The position numbers and the translations under genes were made by a program. A stretch of DNA of 64,000 nt. Origin: Octopus sinensis. Its lineage: Eukaryota. The notes under the pieces were generated by a model. The model did not search any database and was not told the origin of the DNA. It was given only the letters and a program-made list of their open reading frames with translations. Location: positions 11,098,001 to 11,162,000 of the forward strand of contig NC_043017.1 in the NCBI RefSeq assembly GCF_006345805.1, given 5' to 3'. This document shows, piece by piece, positions 40,010 to 52,891 of this stretch (its first letter is position 1; the number at the start of each line of letters is the position of its first letter).

Positions 40010-40590
40010 TTGATGTCCACTTTTCCCTTCTTATGGGTCAGACAGAATTTGTCAAGTCTTTCTGTTTTTTGGCTGGATGCCTTTCCTGTTGCCAGCTCTC
40101 ATCTTGTTTCTACACAAGGTAATATTTTCTGCTCCATGGCCATACATACTTTTTATGGAAGACTGGAAACAAACAGCATTGCTTGTATGACTGATATCAA
40201 GGCAAGTACAAGGGCACCCCTCCCCCCGTACACACATAACAAGCTTCCTTCAGTTTCCATCTACCAAATCCACTCATGAGGCTTTGGTTGGCCCAGGGCT
40301 GTAATGAAACCAAAGGATGAAAGTTTGTAAAACTCACTTTTATTTTGGTTCTTGATACTACTGTATAATAATACATCATCATCATCGTCACCATCATCAT
40401 CAACATACATCTGCTTTTTCCATGCTAGCATGAGTTAGACCAGACCTACAAAATATGTCCTAGAATTCATCTATTTGTTTGACTTAAACCCTTCAATGTG
40501 CTGCTCCAGCTTGCCACAGTCTAGTGACTGAAACAAGTGAAGGGTAAAAAGATAATATGGATATGGTCATGAGAGTTTAAATTAAATTAA

Positions 40591-40761
40591 GGCGCAGGAG
40601 TGGCTGTGTGGTAAGTAGCTTGTTTACGAACCACATGGTTCCGGGTTCAGTCCCACTGCGTGGCACCTTGGGCAAGTGTCTTCTTCTATAGCCTCGGGCC
40701 GACCAAAGCCTTGTGAGTGAATTTGGTAGACGGAAACTGAAAGAAGCCCGTCGTATATATG

Positions 40762-40815
<54 letters not shown>

Positions 40816-41035
40816 CATGTATGTTTGTGTGTCTGTGTTTGTCCCATCCAACATCGCTTGACAACTGATGCTGGTGTGTTTATGTCCCCGTCACTTAGCA
40901 GTTCGGCAAAAGAGATCGATAGAATAAGTACTGGGCTTACAAAGAATAAGTCCTGGGGTCGAGTTGCTCGATTAAAGGCGGTGCTCCAGCATGGCCGCAG
41001 TCAAATGACTGAAACAAGTAAAAGAGTAAAGAGTG
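40591..41035 (+). mobile_element. SINE family A, full length
   Basis: ggcgcaggagtggctgtgtgg ... gtaaaagagtaaagag. Confidence 0.92.
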
Positions 41036-41633
41036 TGAGTGTTATTTAGACTGGTCTTGTTCATCGTATACAGTTGACTATCACCACCCTTATAGCTGGA
41101 AGTCGTCAGGGCATCTAATTTATCATTTCAACTGTCCAAGACGGTTAGTTTAGCTAAGCTTAATTATTTTCCTTGTTCGTTAATCTGTAATGATCCAATT
41201 ATCAATTTAAGCAAAGTATCCGTTGAATCTATTTTCGGTTTGCTATTTCTTTTCTTAAACCCATACCAGTCAGTCGTTGGGTTTTAAGTTTCGCAATAAA
41301 ACTTACATCATAGCCTTCGTTGCATGTTTTTCTATCAGCTTGGTTGCTGTTGTTTTTTTAATTAGGCAGAAGATAGATAATGTTTTTACACACACACACA
41401 CACAGGTACAGATGCGTAGTTGAACACACCACATTCTTGTATCTGAAGAAGAATGAGAAAGTGTTATTCATAACTCGGTATTAATGAAGCATTCTCTCAA
41501 ACGTGAGAAGTATGATGTTTATTATATCTGTAGGTGGTTGCAGTAATGGCTATGTGGTTAAGAAGCTTGTTATGCAACCACATGATTTTAGGTTCAGTCC
41601 CCCTGAGTGGCACTTTGGCAAGTGTCTTATACC

Positions 41634-41862
41634 TATTTCTTTATTACCCACAAGGGGCTAAACACAGAGGGGACAAACAAGGACAGACAAACAGATTAAG
41701 TCGATTACATTGACCCCAGTGCATAACTGGTCCTTAATTTATCGACCCCGAAAGGATGAAAGGCAAAGTCGACCTCGGTGGAATTTGAGCTCAGAACGCA
41801 GCGGTGGACGAAATACCACAAAGCATTTCGCCCAGCGTGCTAACGATTCTGCCAGCTCGCCT
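41634..41862 (-). mobile_element. SINE family B, full length
   Basis: Reverse complement from ggcgagctggcagaatcg to gtaataaagaaatag. Confidence 0.9.
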
Positions 41863-42734
41863 CCTAAAGTGTCTTATACCATAGCCCCAGGCCAAGCAAT
41901 GTCTTGGGAGTGAATTTGGCCGATGGAAACTGTGTGGAAGTCCATTGGATGTGTGTGTGTGTGTTACCTCTGCCATTACACTGCTGGACAACCAGTGTTG
42001 GTTTATTTGCACCCTTGTAACTTAGCAGTTTGACAAAAGAGATTGCTAAAACAAGTATCAAACTTAAGATAGAAACCTGAGTTGTGGCAGGGATTTATTT
42101 GCTTAAAACCCTTCAAGGTTCACTGACCGAAATGAATAAGACATAAAAGATAGGATTTTAAATAGATTTTATTACTTTTATTGTTTTAAGCTTTACTTCC
42201 CAGTGTTGTTGTTGTGTATGGGTTTGGTGAGTATGAAGCCAGGTATATCATTATTCATTCATCTCCATCTTTTGTCACCTCAAGACATAGTCTTCTCTGC
42301 TCATCAGACTTCAACCTCATCACTTTTACTTGATCATCAGCATCACCATCCTGTGTCTGTATGAGTTGGTCTGCTGTCAAAAGATTGTGGGTCATTTTGT
42401 TTCTCTCCTTCCCCATTTTATTACCTTTTACAGCCCTTTGCCGTTTTGTACAACAGCAACACCCTGCCCTCTCTCACTGCAGATCTTCATTGTCGTGTGC
42501 CAAAATTTGAAACCATTATTTGTAACAGAAGTTGGCAAGCTGGCAGAGTCCCTTGCACATCAGGCAAAATCCCTAGCTATTTTTGTTGTGTGTTCAAATT
42601 GCGCCAAGGTTGATTTTTGCCTTTCATCCTTCAGGGGTCAATGAAATAAAGCACTTATCAGTTACTGGGGTCAGTGTAACCAACTGGCTTTGTGTCCAAA
42701 TTTGAAAGTATTATTATTATTATTATTATTATTA

Positions 42735-42873
42735 ATAAGTAGCTTGTTTACCAACCACATGGTTCTGGGTTCAGTCCCACTGCGTGGCTCCTTGGGCGAG
42801 TGTCTTCTACTGTAGCCTCGGGTCGACCTAAGCGTTGTGAGTGGATTTGGTAGACGGAAACTGAAAAGAAGCC

Positions 42874-42920
<47 letters not shown>

Positions 42921-43140
42921 TGTGTGTGTTTGTGTGTCTGTGTTTGTCCCTCTAGCATTGCTTGACAACCGATGCTGGTGTGTTTATGTCCCCGTTACTT
43001 AGCGGTTCGGCAAAAGAGACCGATAGAATAAGTACTGGGCTTACAAAAGAATAATTCCCGGGGTCGAGTTGCTCGATTAAAGGCGGTGCTCCAGCATGGC
43101 CGCAGTCAAATGACTGAAACAAGTAAAAGAGTAAAGAGTA
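42735..43140 (+). mobile_element. SINE family A copy, 5' truncated
   Basis: aagtagcttgtttaccaaccac ... gtaaaagagtaaagag. Confidence 0.9.
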
Positions 43141-43477
43141 ATAATAATAGAAATAATGATTTCTTTATTAACCACGGGAGTTTACATTAAGAAAAACATT
43201 ATGGACAGTACAGGACAAAACAAAGAATGTGTGCTGTGAGGGTAAAAAGTTCTTTTTCTTCAGTAGTTTTATGTGAGTTTGCATTGCAGAATCTGCTGCA
43301 CCTCGGTGTTCTGCAGATGTGTGCAGCTTTGTTATACTGTATTTTTATAGGAATTGGTGGTAGTATTGACCCCTCCTGTTGGTGTACTGCATTGGTTTGT
43401 TTTGTTATAGGGTTTATAGTTTCTTGTTGTTATATTAGTGCTTGTTCTGTTGTGTGTGGTGTGTGCAATGTAGGTTG

Positions 43478-43710
43478 TGCGAGCTGGCAGAAACGTTAGC
43501 ACGCCGGGCGAAATGCGTAGCCGTATTTCGTCTGTCACTACGTTCTGAGTTCAAATTCCGCCGAGGTCAACTTTGCCTTTCATCCTTTCGGGGTGGATAA
43601 ATTTAAGGACCAGTTATGCACTGGGTTCGATGTAATCGACTTAATCTGTTTGTCTGTCCTTGTTTGTCCCTTCTGTGTTTAGCCCCTTGTGGGTAGTAAA
43701 GAAATAGATA
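43478..43710 (+). mobile_element. SINE family B, full length
   Basis: gcgagctggcagaaacgttagc (A-box-like), gagttcaaattcc (B-box), gcctttcatcctttcggggtggataaa core, tail gtgggtagtaaagaaatag. Confidence 0.9.
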
Positions 43711-43846
43711 TTATTAATTTTGTATAGTATATATGTTGCCTGAGTTGTGTTACTTCATATTATCAGGTGCTTTTTGAATATGGTCTGTGTGTTGTATCTG
43801 AAGATTGCTCTATTTGAGTTACTCTGTGTATTGTCAGCTATTGTTG

Positions 43847-43883
<37 letters not shown>

Positions 43884-44505
43884 TATTATTATTAATGTTA
43901 TTTATAGATTTATCAAGATGCATTAATAATTGTTATTTATATCTCTGGCATTGCAGTAGTTCAGTAAAAAAAAAAAAAGTACTTTAATACTTTTGTTAAT
44001 CTATTAACAATAAGTAGAAGACTGGCCTCTTTTACATAGGAAAGTATTTTTCTTCTTTTTTTCTTTCTTTCTTTCTGATTCATCCCCCCCCCCCACCGTC
44101 CAACTTGCCCATTTATTAAGCTAAACTATTTTCAATATGACCACCAGCCACACATTGTTTATCTGAAACAATTACACTTTATGCAAACCAGTGTGCTTTA
44201 TGTATCTTTATTTGTTTTACCGTTTCATATTGTTCTTTTTTTTTATGTTTTTCATGCTCCCATCATACAAAAGTGGGATGGTTTTGAACAGCTTCAAACA
44301 TCGGAATACTTTTACTGTTGGGAGAGCAAGCGATTTTATGGCTAAATGCTCTTTCTTATTGTTTCCCTGCTAAGGACTTGTTACTGATGTTGGTGGTGTG
44401 GCATAACTAGCTCTAGGTCAGCTCTGATCAAGCAAAACCTATCATTGTCTGTAGCTACTCAGGACTGAACAGTTACACACACACACACACACACACACTT
44501 GCGTT

Positions 44506-44725
44506 CCCTTTTGTTACTAACCCGGCCAAAACCGGCTCTGGCTCTGTAGTAAAATGTCTTGTTTTCATAAGTTTTGAGTTAAAATCTTCCACCAAACCTT
44601 AGTCACAATTTATGTTCCTAACACTAGCTTGATGATAATTAAATTATTTTACTAAATTCTTTGTTATATTTAAAATAATTGAAAGAAACACAGAGCATCT
44701 CAAAATAAATACAGTAATGAAAGGG
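44506..44725 (+). mobile_element. piggyBac-type MITE, third copy
   Basis: cccttttgttac ... gtaatgaaaggg|TTAA; interior matches 31489-31708. Confidence 0.8.
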
Positions 44726-44977
44726 TTAATGATCATCTTCCATGCTGGTCTGGATTGGACGGTTTGATTGACAGTGGGTTAATCAGTTGTTTGGATCACT
44801 GTAATGCAATATAAATTTAGATGTGCCTGGTGGTTGACATATTGTTTTATCTTGACCCAAGGAGAATAAGTTCAAACCATGCTACTGACCCAGAACTGTT
44901 TTTATTTATTTTTATTTTTTTTCCATATATATATAAATAAGTGTTCTTTGAATTTAACTCGGTTCCTGTTTTCTCAG

Positions 44978-45088
44978 TTAACGTACCTGAAAGTAAGTGT
45001 TATTACTCATGCTCTTTTGCATTACATCTGTATGATTATATTTCAAACAGATGAGAACAGAAATTTACCTGAGAGAGCTTGTTATTGA
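44978..45088 (+). CDS. Candidate micro-exon 44978-44992 plus terminal exon from 45051
   Basis: Acceptor ttcctgttttctcag, donor GTAAGT, 58-nt intron ending tttcaaacag, AATAAA at 45136-45141. Reading frame ambiguous. Confidence 0.3.
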   Translation, partial: LTYLKVSVITHALLHYICMIIFQTDENRNLPERACY

Positions 45089-47585
45089 AGAGGTTGCAAG
45101 TGATGATGAAAGGACTTTGCCAAACACAACTGATTAATAAAAGCAATTGATTATTTAATTAGTTAATTAACAAATTGACAAATTATAAAGAAGTGAAATT
45201 GAACCAGTGTGTGTTTGTCATTGGCATAATGACCCTCTCTAAATATACCAAAATCTGTTGCAGCACACAAGTTCACATCAAGAATGTTATAAACCAAATA
45301 CAGAAATGAAATGAAAGAAATTTCAAAATAACTATAAATAGATATTATTAACTGAAATATCTTAAAGAAAAAAAAAAAAAAATTTTGACTTCACAGAGTC
45401 CATACTTGCAGTTTTTAGCAAGGAACTGAAAATTGGTTTCAATGTGTATATAGCCTATTTTTTCTCTCTCCCAATGACTGCATTTTGTTAGGGTTTATTA
45501 GTTTAATTTGTAAGACATTTCTGAAAATAGAATTTGTCTGCAGAGATGTTTATATAGTTAACTCGTATGAGAGTCCTGTTGTGCTTTCTTTAGCTAAATC
45601 TCTCTCAATGCTTTTAGAAACTAGGTATTTTTATAAAATGCACTTAGTCCAGAATATAAAGAAATCACGAACGATTGCATGACTTTGGGTGAAATTTGCT
45701 GATACAGTTATCATGGTTGTTGGCATACTTTTTATTATTAAAGTTCTTACTTTATTGTCATGTTATTTTCGCTTGGCACGGTAGGTTGAATACACATACT
45801 TATAAGGTTTTGAATCCTTGGCATTGATTTTCTAAAATTTTACAATTCTATCTGTGCGGTACCAAATAATTCATGGCCTGGTGATTAAGAGTCCTTGCTT
45901 TAGAGCACTAGATGTGAGCCTTACTGTCTGAGTTCCAACCAATTGCATTCTGACACTAATGCTTCCAGCAAACCTGGTGCCAAGTGGTATTGGGCTCTGA
46001 AATGGCGGCATTTCACTTTGGATAGCATTGGCAACATGGGAATAGGGGACTTGCATGCATGGCCAACGGCCAGTCTTCTTTTACTTGTTTCAGTCATTGG
46101 ACTGTCTTAAAGGGTTTGGTCAAACAAATTAACTGCAGTTCTTATTTTTTAAGCTTTGTACTTACTCTATCAGTCTGTTTTGCTGAACTGTTTGGTTATG
46201 GGTATGTAAACAAACCAACACCGGTTTCAAGTGGTGATGGTGGTAGTGGAAGACACAAATATGCACACACACACACACACACATGGACTTCCACATGCTC
46301 CCCATGTATCAGATTCCCTTACAAGACAGGTCAACCTGGGGCTTTAGTAGCAGACACTTGTCCAAAGTGCTACGGTGGGACTGAACCTGGAACCATGTGG
46401 TTCACCACACAGCCTGCACAAAGAAAAAAAACAGAACAAAAGCAAGTACATATATCATCAAACTTAACCTTTCCACTTCCTTCAACCCCATTTAGCTATC
46501 GTGACCAAGGCCACACTGGAGCACCACTTTTTCAACTCAAAAAGAAAAAAAGGCCCAACTAACTATTCCACTTGTGTATGCAAGGTTGATCAGGAGAGAG
46601 CACACAGACACACAACCACACTCACACACACAGCCACACACACACACACACACTCCACACTTTCCTATGTAGTTTACTATTTCATCACTTGTTTGATAAA
46701 ACACACCATTTTTTTGACATTTATGGTTTTCACAGTACTGTTAAAGCTGAAATTATTATTTTTACTGTTTTGTTCCATGTCTGAATTTTTATTATAGTAA
46801 ATTATCTGACATGTCAAAATATTGCTTTAGTATCGTTCCCCCCCACTTTTTTTTCAATTTAAAAATTATTTCTGTTTTCGGTGATGGAGTAGGTTTAGAA
46901 ATGAAAATCTTATTTAAACTTGCCCTTGTGTTTATTCCTCCCACGGCTGCCTCTGCTACGAATGGGAAATGTTGTTATGTGTATATATATCCATACACAG
47001 TCTAGGCTTGTGGCCTAGTGGTTGGGCTGTTGCACTCACGATTGCTAGGTCACGGGTTCGATTCCCAGACCATGCAGAGCATTGTGCTCTTGAGCTAAAC
47101 ACTTCATTTCACATTGTTTCAGTCCCCTTTTTAATCATGGGTGAGGGGCATTGACCTGCTCGTCTAGCTAGCAGTGTGGTGTCATTTGAAGGTGAAAATG
47201 ATGCAAAGTGCATTGTAACCAGTGATGTACAACAACATCTGATTGTCTGATTGGTCACATGATCATGATATATTTATGTATGGGGAACAGCTTTTCTTTT
47301 ATGCAGGTTTCATTAAATACACGACTATTACCAATTTTAACTTTTTTATTTTATATTTCAATATATTTTTGTCTCTGAGTAATTTATTGATTTTTGTATT
47401 ATATTCTCTGTCTGTCTGTCCATCCATCCGTACATACATAAATACATACATATTTTATTCAATCCACAAATTTGTTCCGATTTTATATTTTTCCTATTTA
47501 TTATCTCTTTTGCAATTGGTTTTGGACATCAGAGTTAATAAATCTATATCTGACATTCCTGAACCTTCAGTCTCATTTTCAAGAA

Positions 47586-47618
<33 letters not shown>

Positions 47619-47886
47619 GTAAAAAAGGAGTAAGCAAAGTCTTCAGTGTGAGTATGTGGTTTTGTGGGGTCAACCGCATTCTCCGCTTCATTTTTTTGTT
47701 AATCACTCATTCTCATTTAATTGTATATATTTTGTTTGTTTATTCATACATTTCGTCTCATTCGATACCCTGACCCCAACGTTTGTTTTGTCTGCCACCC
47801 CACCTCCGTATTGTCCCCTCTTTTTCTCAACCTTATGGTGAATAAAGAAATACTCTCTCTCTCTCTTTCTCTCTTTCTCTCTCTCA

Positions 47887-47943
<57 letters not shown>

Positions 47944-48592
47944 CACACACACTCCAAGCTTGGTTCAGTTTGTGTCTACCAAATCCACTCACAATGCATT
48001 AAATGGACAAGAGGTACATGAGAAGAGACACCATGTATTCGATACCAGATCTCCTGGGAAGATTACCCTGTCACACACTGATATGTTATCCAAAGGGGTT
48101 TAATCTCTAATCTTGTTAATACCACAAGACCTCTTAAAACCTCTTGAAGCTTTTAAAGACATTTATATTAACGCTTTTTTATTTATTTGTTTAAAATATA
48201 TATATATTTTTTTAATGTTCAAGGAGTTCTCTGCTAGCTCAATGACTTTGTGTGTATGTTTGTATTATCATGTATCTATGTGTTTGTGTAATGGTTGTTT
48301 CTACATGTATGCGTGGATTTGTCCATCTGTGTGTGTATGTGAGTGTACTTGTATTTACATCCCTGCTGACCTACATTGCTCTACAAACCTGATTTTCTGT
48401 GACCACATTGAACAAACGGTGAATTATTATAAAGGCCTCCCCCTCCTCTTCCTAAGAAATTATTAGTACTATTGTTTTTGTTGTTTGTACTATTTATTTC
48501 TTTTTTTTTTTACAATAGAAACCATTCATCTATTCTAGAATTATCTCCATACAAACCAACCATTACCCTCACATATTTAAGTTTTTATTTAT

Positions 48593-48639
<47 letters not shown>

Positions 48640-48644
<5 letters not shown>

Positions 48645-48785
48645 CACCATCGTTTAACGGCTGTTGGCTATGCTACCATGGGCTGGCAAGCTGGAAGGCA
48701 GCACCAGACTATAGTCTGATTTGGTATGGTTTCTATGGCTGGATGCCCTTCCTAACGGCAACCACTCTGGGAGTGTAATGGGAGC
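48640..48785 (-). mobile_element. Repeat family C copy
   Basis: gctggatgcccttcctaacggcaaccactc is the reverse complement of the family core. Confidence 0.75.
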
Positions 48786-49525
48786 CCTTCTATATGCATA
48801 CACATGCCCATATATATATATATATTAATAAATAAAACATATGCATATATATAAACATATATGTACGTACCTACCTCTACATGTACATATACACGCATAT
48901 ATGAGTACAGGACACCAAAAAGATGTCGAACACAATGAAAAACGAAAACATAAACACAAACCCAAGGAACTGGACATTTTTTTAAACAACAAAAAAATAG
49001 AGTACAGGATAATTAACACAAAGAAAAAACCCCTTCTTCAGTCGCTATGGTTTCATCTACTCTACGTATATATATATATATATATATATATATTTTCAGA
49101 TTTTGGCACATGGCCTTCAATTTTGTGAGAGGGGATAAGTTAATTATATCAACCCCAGTGATCAACTGGTACTTAATTTATCGACCCCGAAAGGATGGAA
49201 GGCAAAGTCAACCTCTGTGGAAACTGGACTCAGAACATAAATAATTACACTCACACACACACACACACACACATCGACAGAAGTGCCAGAGAGATTCAGA
49301 GTTTTGTGCATTGCCACTTATTGAATATTTATATCCCAATTTCTCACATATCAAACACCGTTTTTAATAAACCCATTTAACATCATTTGTAAATATTTTT
49401 GTCAACAGCTGTTAATCATTTCTTTATTTCTTTTTCTCTTTTATTAACTTGAGGTTGGATTTGAGCACCACCAGCAAAAATATTTTTTCCTCTGTCTTCC
49501 CTTCTTGGGATCTTTCCTTCTCCTT

Positions 49526-49560
49526 GTTTCCGACGAAGAGCTCCGCTCGAAACGTTAAAC
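49526..49560 (+). ncRNA. Minimal type I hammerhead-like motif of Penelope-like element type
   Basis: GTTT-CCGACGA-A-GAGC-TCC-GCTC-GAAAC-GTT-AAAC; core differs from CUGANGA at position 4. Confidence 0.5.
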
Positions 49561-49683
49561 CCTCCTTCCCTTCTTTCCTGAGCGTCAATAATACTTTACA
49601 GTGTGGACTGGGTGCTGTGTTTTTTTCCTCGCGTCGCTGTGTTTTTTTCTCTTTTTTTCTGTGTTTTCTTGTTTGGATTAACT

Positions 49684-49845
49684 GAGGCGCAATGGCCTAG
49701 TGGTTAGGGCAGCGGACTTGCGGTCGGAGGATCACGGTTTCGATTCCCAGACCGGGCGTTGTGTGTGTTTATTGAGCGAAAACACCTAAAAGCTCCACGA
49801 GGCTCCGGCAGGAGGTGGTGATCCCTGCTGTACTCTTTCACCACT
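49684..49845 (+). mobile_element. SINE family E 5' part joined to a family A tail
   Basis: gaggcgcaatggcctagtggttagggcagcggac... matches 60805; followed directly by aaaaggcggtgctccagc. Confidence 0.8.
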
Positions 49846-50221
49846 CTAAAAGGCGGTGCTCCAGCATGGCCGCAGTCAAATGACTGAAACAAGTACAGAA
49901 AAAAATATATTTATATATATATATATATATATATTTATTTATTTATTTAATTCTGGTGAGATATTTAATACTGATGTTTCATGTCTGGTATTTTTCAATG
50001 ATATCGTATTATATGGTAACATTTTGTTAGTTTTAACTTCCTGAACAACACAGTCCTGCATGAGACTGCAATTGTCAGTCAGTCCTGCAATGCATGAGGT
50101 CACGAGAATCCTACAAACCTACAAACCTGTTTTACATTCATGTTGAAAGAAATAAGGAACTCCCTAACATGAAGGAGAAATTTCAGTTCTGTTTTTCTAT
50201 CATTTATTTCTGTTTTGCACC

Positions 50222-50852
50222 AAAAAGACTTGGGCGTGCTGGGGGCAGTTTTGGATTTAACACTGCCGATATCTGAGCAAGAAGACAAAGGTTCATGTCC
50301 TCAGGTCTCTGATCCTCCCTATCTTTCTCTGTAGTTGCAAGACTTGGACACTGTTTGGGACCCTTAGGAGATGCCTGATCTCCTTTTGTACCAAGACTCT
50401 TTGTAGGATTATGGGTTACCATTGGTGGGATTTCATATCCAACCAACGACTCTGCCCAGAAACTGTGATGTATCTTGTCACTTGTATGATTCAGCAGTGC
50501 CAGCTTAGACAAGTTGCTCAATTTTCCAAGTTGGATACTGTGTATCATGTTCTCTTCTCTGGGGATCCAGCTGGGGTGACAGCTTGTGTTGGTCAACCAT
50601 GTCATATGGTCATAGTGGATGAGGAAGTATTTTGCAGAGATGGGAACTGACTGGGACACTGGAGGGTTGCTTTGGGCAACCCAAGAAAATACTGACAAAT
50701 GGTGGATGCAGCACTGCAATAGCACGTGGCCCCATAACTGACGTAACCGGCAATGGCACATGGCCTCATAACTGACCTAACCTGCAATGGCACATGGCCC
50801 CATAACAGACCTAAATTTCAATGGCACATGGCCCCATAACTGGCCTGATCTG
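50222..50852 (+). mobile_element. RTE-clade LINE 3' fragment with 34-bp x4 tail
   Basis: VLRSLILPIFLCSCKTWTL...RIMGYHWWDFISNQRL...TCMIQQCQLR...MVDAA follows the RTE C-terminal pattern (LP.LLYG.ETWTL; W.DFVSN; RQLR); frameshifts and stops present. Confidence 0.85.
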
Positions 50853-51931
50853 TAACTAAGTCATTATAGGTCTGGACTTTTGATTGTGAAAATTTTTAAC
50901 AAGATGGCTGTGCAGTAGGGAATCTAACTTTGCAATCTCATGATTTCAATTTCAGTCCCACAGTGTGGCACCTTACGTTAGTGTCTTCCACTGTAGTCCT
51001 GGGCTGACCAATATTTCATGAGTTGGGTGTCAGCAGTCACCATCCTCCATGTTTAAGTCTGAAGATTTATGATTTTTCTTAAGAAAGATAGAGTTGTGGT
51101 GTCTCATTCTCTTCTGCTGGTTTATTTACAGTTTACTCTGCTCTTCTCCTGCTCCTGTGAGCTTACACTTGAGATACAGGACCTATTTAACTATTAGACA
51201 GGGTGGGTGGAGTGGGGGCAGTTGGTTCATGTCATGTGACATCAGGGAATGTCCATATTCTTGTGTGCACTCTTGTCTTGGCATCAAGTGATGATTGTAA
51301 ATGAGCATCGCCGTCATACAAGCGATGTTGTTTGTTTCCAGTTTTTCCATGATAGATATGTTTGGCCATGGGGAAATATTATCTCACTTGGAAACTGGTG
51401 AGGGTTGGCCACAAGAAGGGCATTCAGCTGAAGAAGGCCTGCTTCAACAAATTCTATCTTAAAAACAATGATGACGATGATGATGATAATGTTGATTGAA
51501 AAATACAACTGTGTTATTTCAACCGAAATACAGTAACAAAAGGGTTAACAAACAGGTTTTGCTATTTTTGTCTGTTTCAATCAAACATTTATTGATCTGG
51601 GGGGTGATGATACACAGGCTGTACAAACCAGTTTCTGATTTCTTGATTCTTGTGCCAAAATTCGAGACCCATTTCTTGATTCTTGATTCATGCATGTGTT
51701 CATGATTTAGGTGCAGTCAGTGTGATGGGAGTAAACTTGGACAGCACTCAATTTTACCTGCCTAACCTTACAGTATTTAAACCACCCATATCCGGCCAAA
51801 GTATTCTGTCTGTTCTGTGTTCAAACTAGCCAGGCCCAGCCTCTCACACCAACAATATCCTCAAAGTAAACAATCACATCATCAAAATCTCAAAGCTACA
51901 AGTTAATGCATATCCAAAACATAAAATACCT

Positions 51932-52500
51932 ATTTCTTTACTGCCCACAAGGGGTTACACACAGAGGGGACAAACAAGGACAGACAAAAGGATTAAGTCT
52001 ATTATTTCGACCCCAGTGCATAACTGGTACTTATTTAATCGACCCTGAAAGGATGAAAGGCAAAGTTGACCTCGGCGGAATTTGAACTCAGAACGTAGCG
52101 GCAGACGAAATACCGCTAAGCATTTCACCTGGCATGCTAACGATTCTGCCAACCGAATGAAATGCACTTGTGCTAGTGCTGTGTAGGAGCACCCATGCCA
52201 GTGGCATGTAAAAGGCTCCCAGCATACTCTGTAAAGTGGTTAGTGTTAGGAAAGACATCCATCCTTACCATACCTATTTCTTTACTACCCACAAGGGGCT
52301 AAACACAGAGGGGACAAACAAGGACAGACATAGGTATTAAGTCGATTACATTGACCCCAGTGCGTAACTGGTACTTAATTTATCAACCCTGAAAGGATGA
52401 AAGGCAAAGTCGACCTTGGCGGAATTTGAACTCATAACGTAACGCAGACGAAATACCGCTAAGCATTTCGCCTGGCGTGCTAACGTTTCTGCCAGCTTGC
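51932..52500 (-). mobile_element. Two SINE family B copies (51932-52155 and 52274-52500)
   Basis: Both are reverse complements of the family B consensus. Confidence 0.88.
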
Positions 52501-52891
52501 CCATACCACGAGAGACTACCATCCAACCCATGCCAGCATGGAAAATGGACGTTAAATGACGGTGATAACAATGTGAATAAATAAGCATTACATTTGACAG
52601 TGCGTCTGAGTGTGAGAGTGTTAAGGTAGTCATAACTTTATTTTAAGAACCTTTTTTTGTAAATCATGAGAATCTATTCTTACTGCGTTTGTGTTTTTGC
52701 TTTGTTTTGTTCCCCAACCCCCAAATTTCATGCCCTAGACTTTCCTTGTTGTTGTAATGACTCATAGACTTGCTGCTCTATCTTGGGATATCTGTAGTTG
52801 AGATAAGGGGATGACAGCTATTAATTCCCCTTCTCTCCCCCACAAGATTTATTGTAATATGTAGTTTGAGCCATGTATACTATTTTACTCT

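Noticed and set aside
45099-45135. C/D box snoRNA (GTGATGA...CTGA)
   Set aside because: Too short, with no terminal stem and no recognisable rRNA guide.
50204-50761. 185-aa minus-strand ORF
   Set aside because: It is the antisense frame of the RTE fragment.
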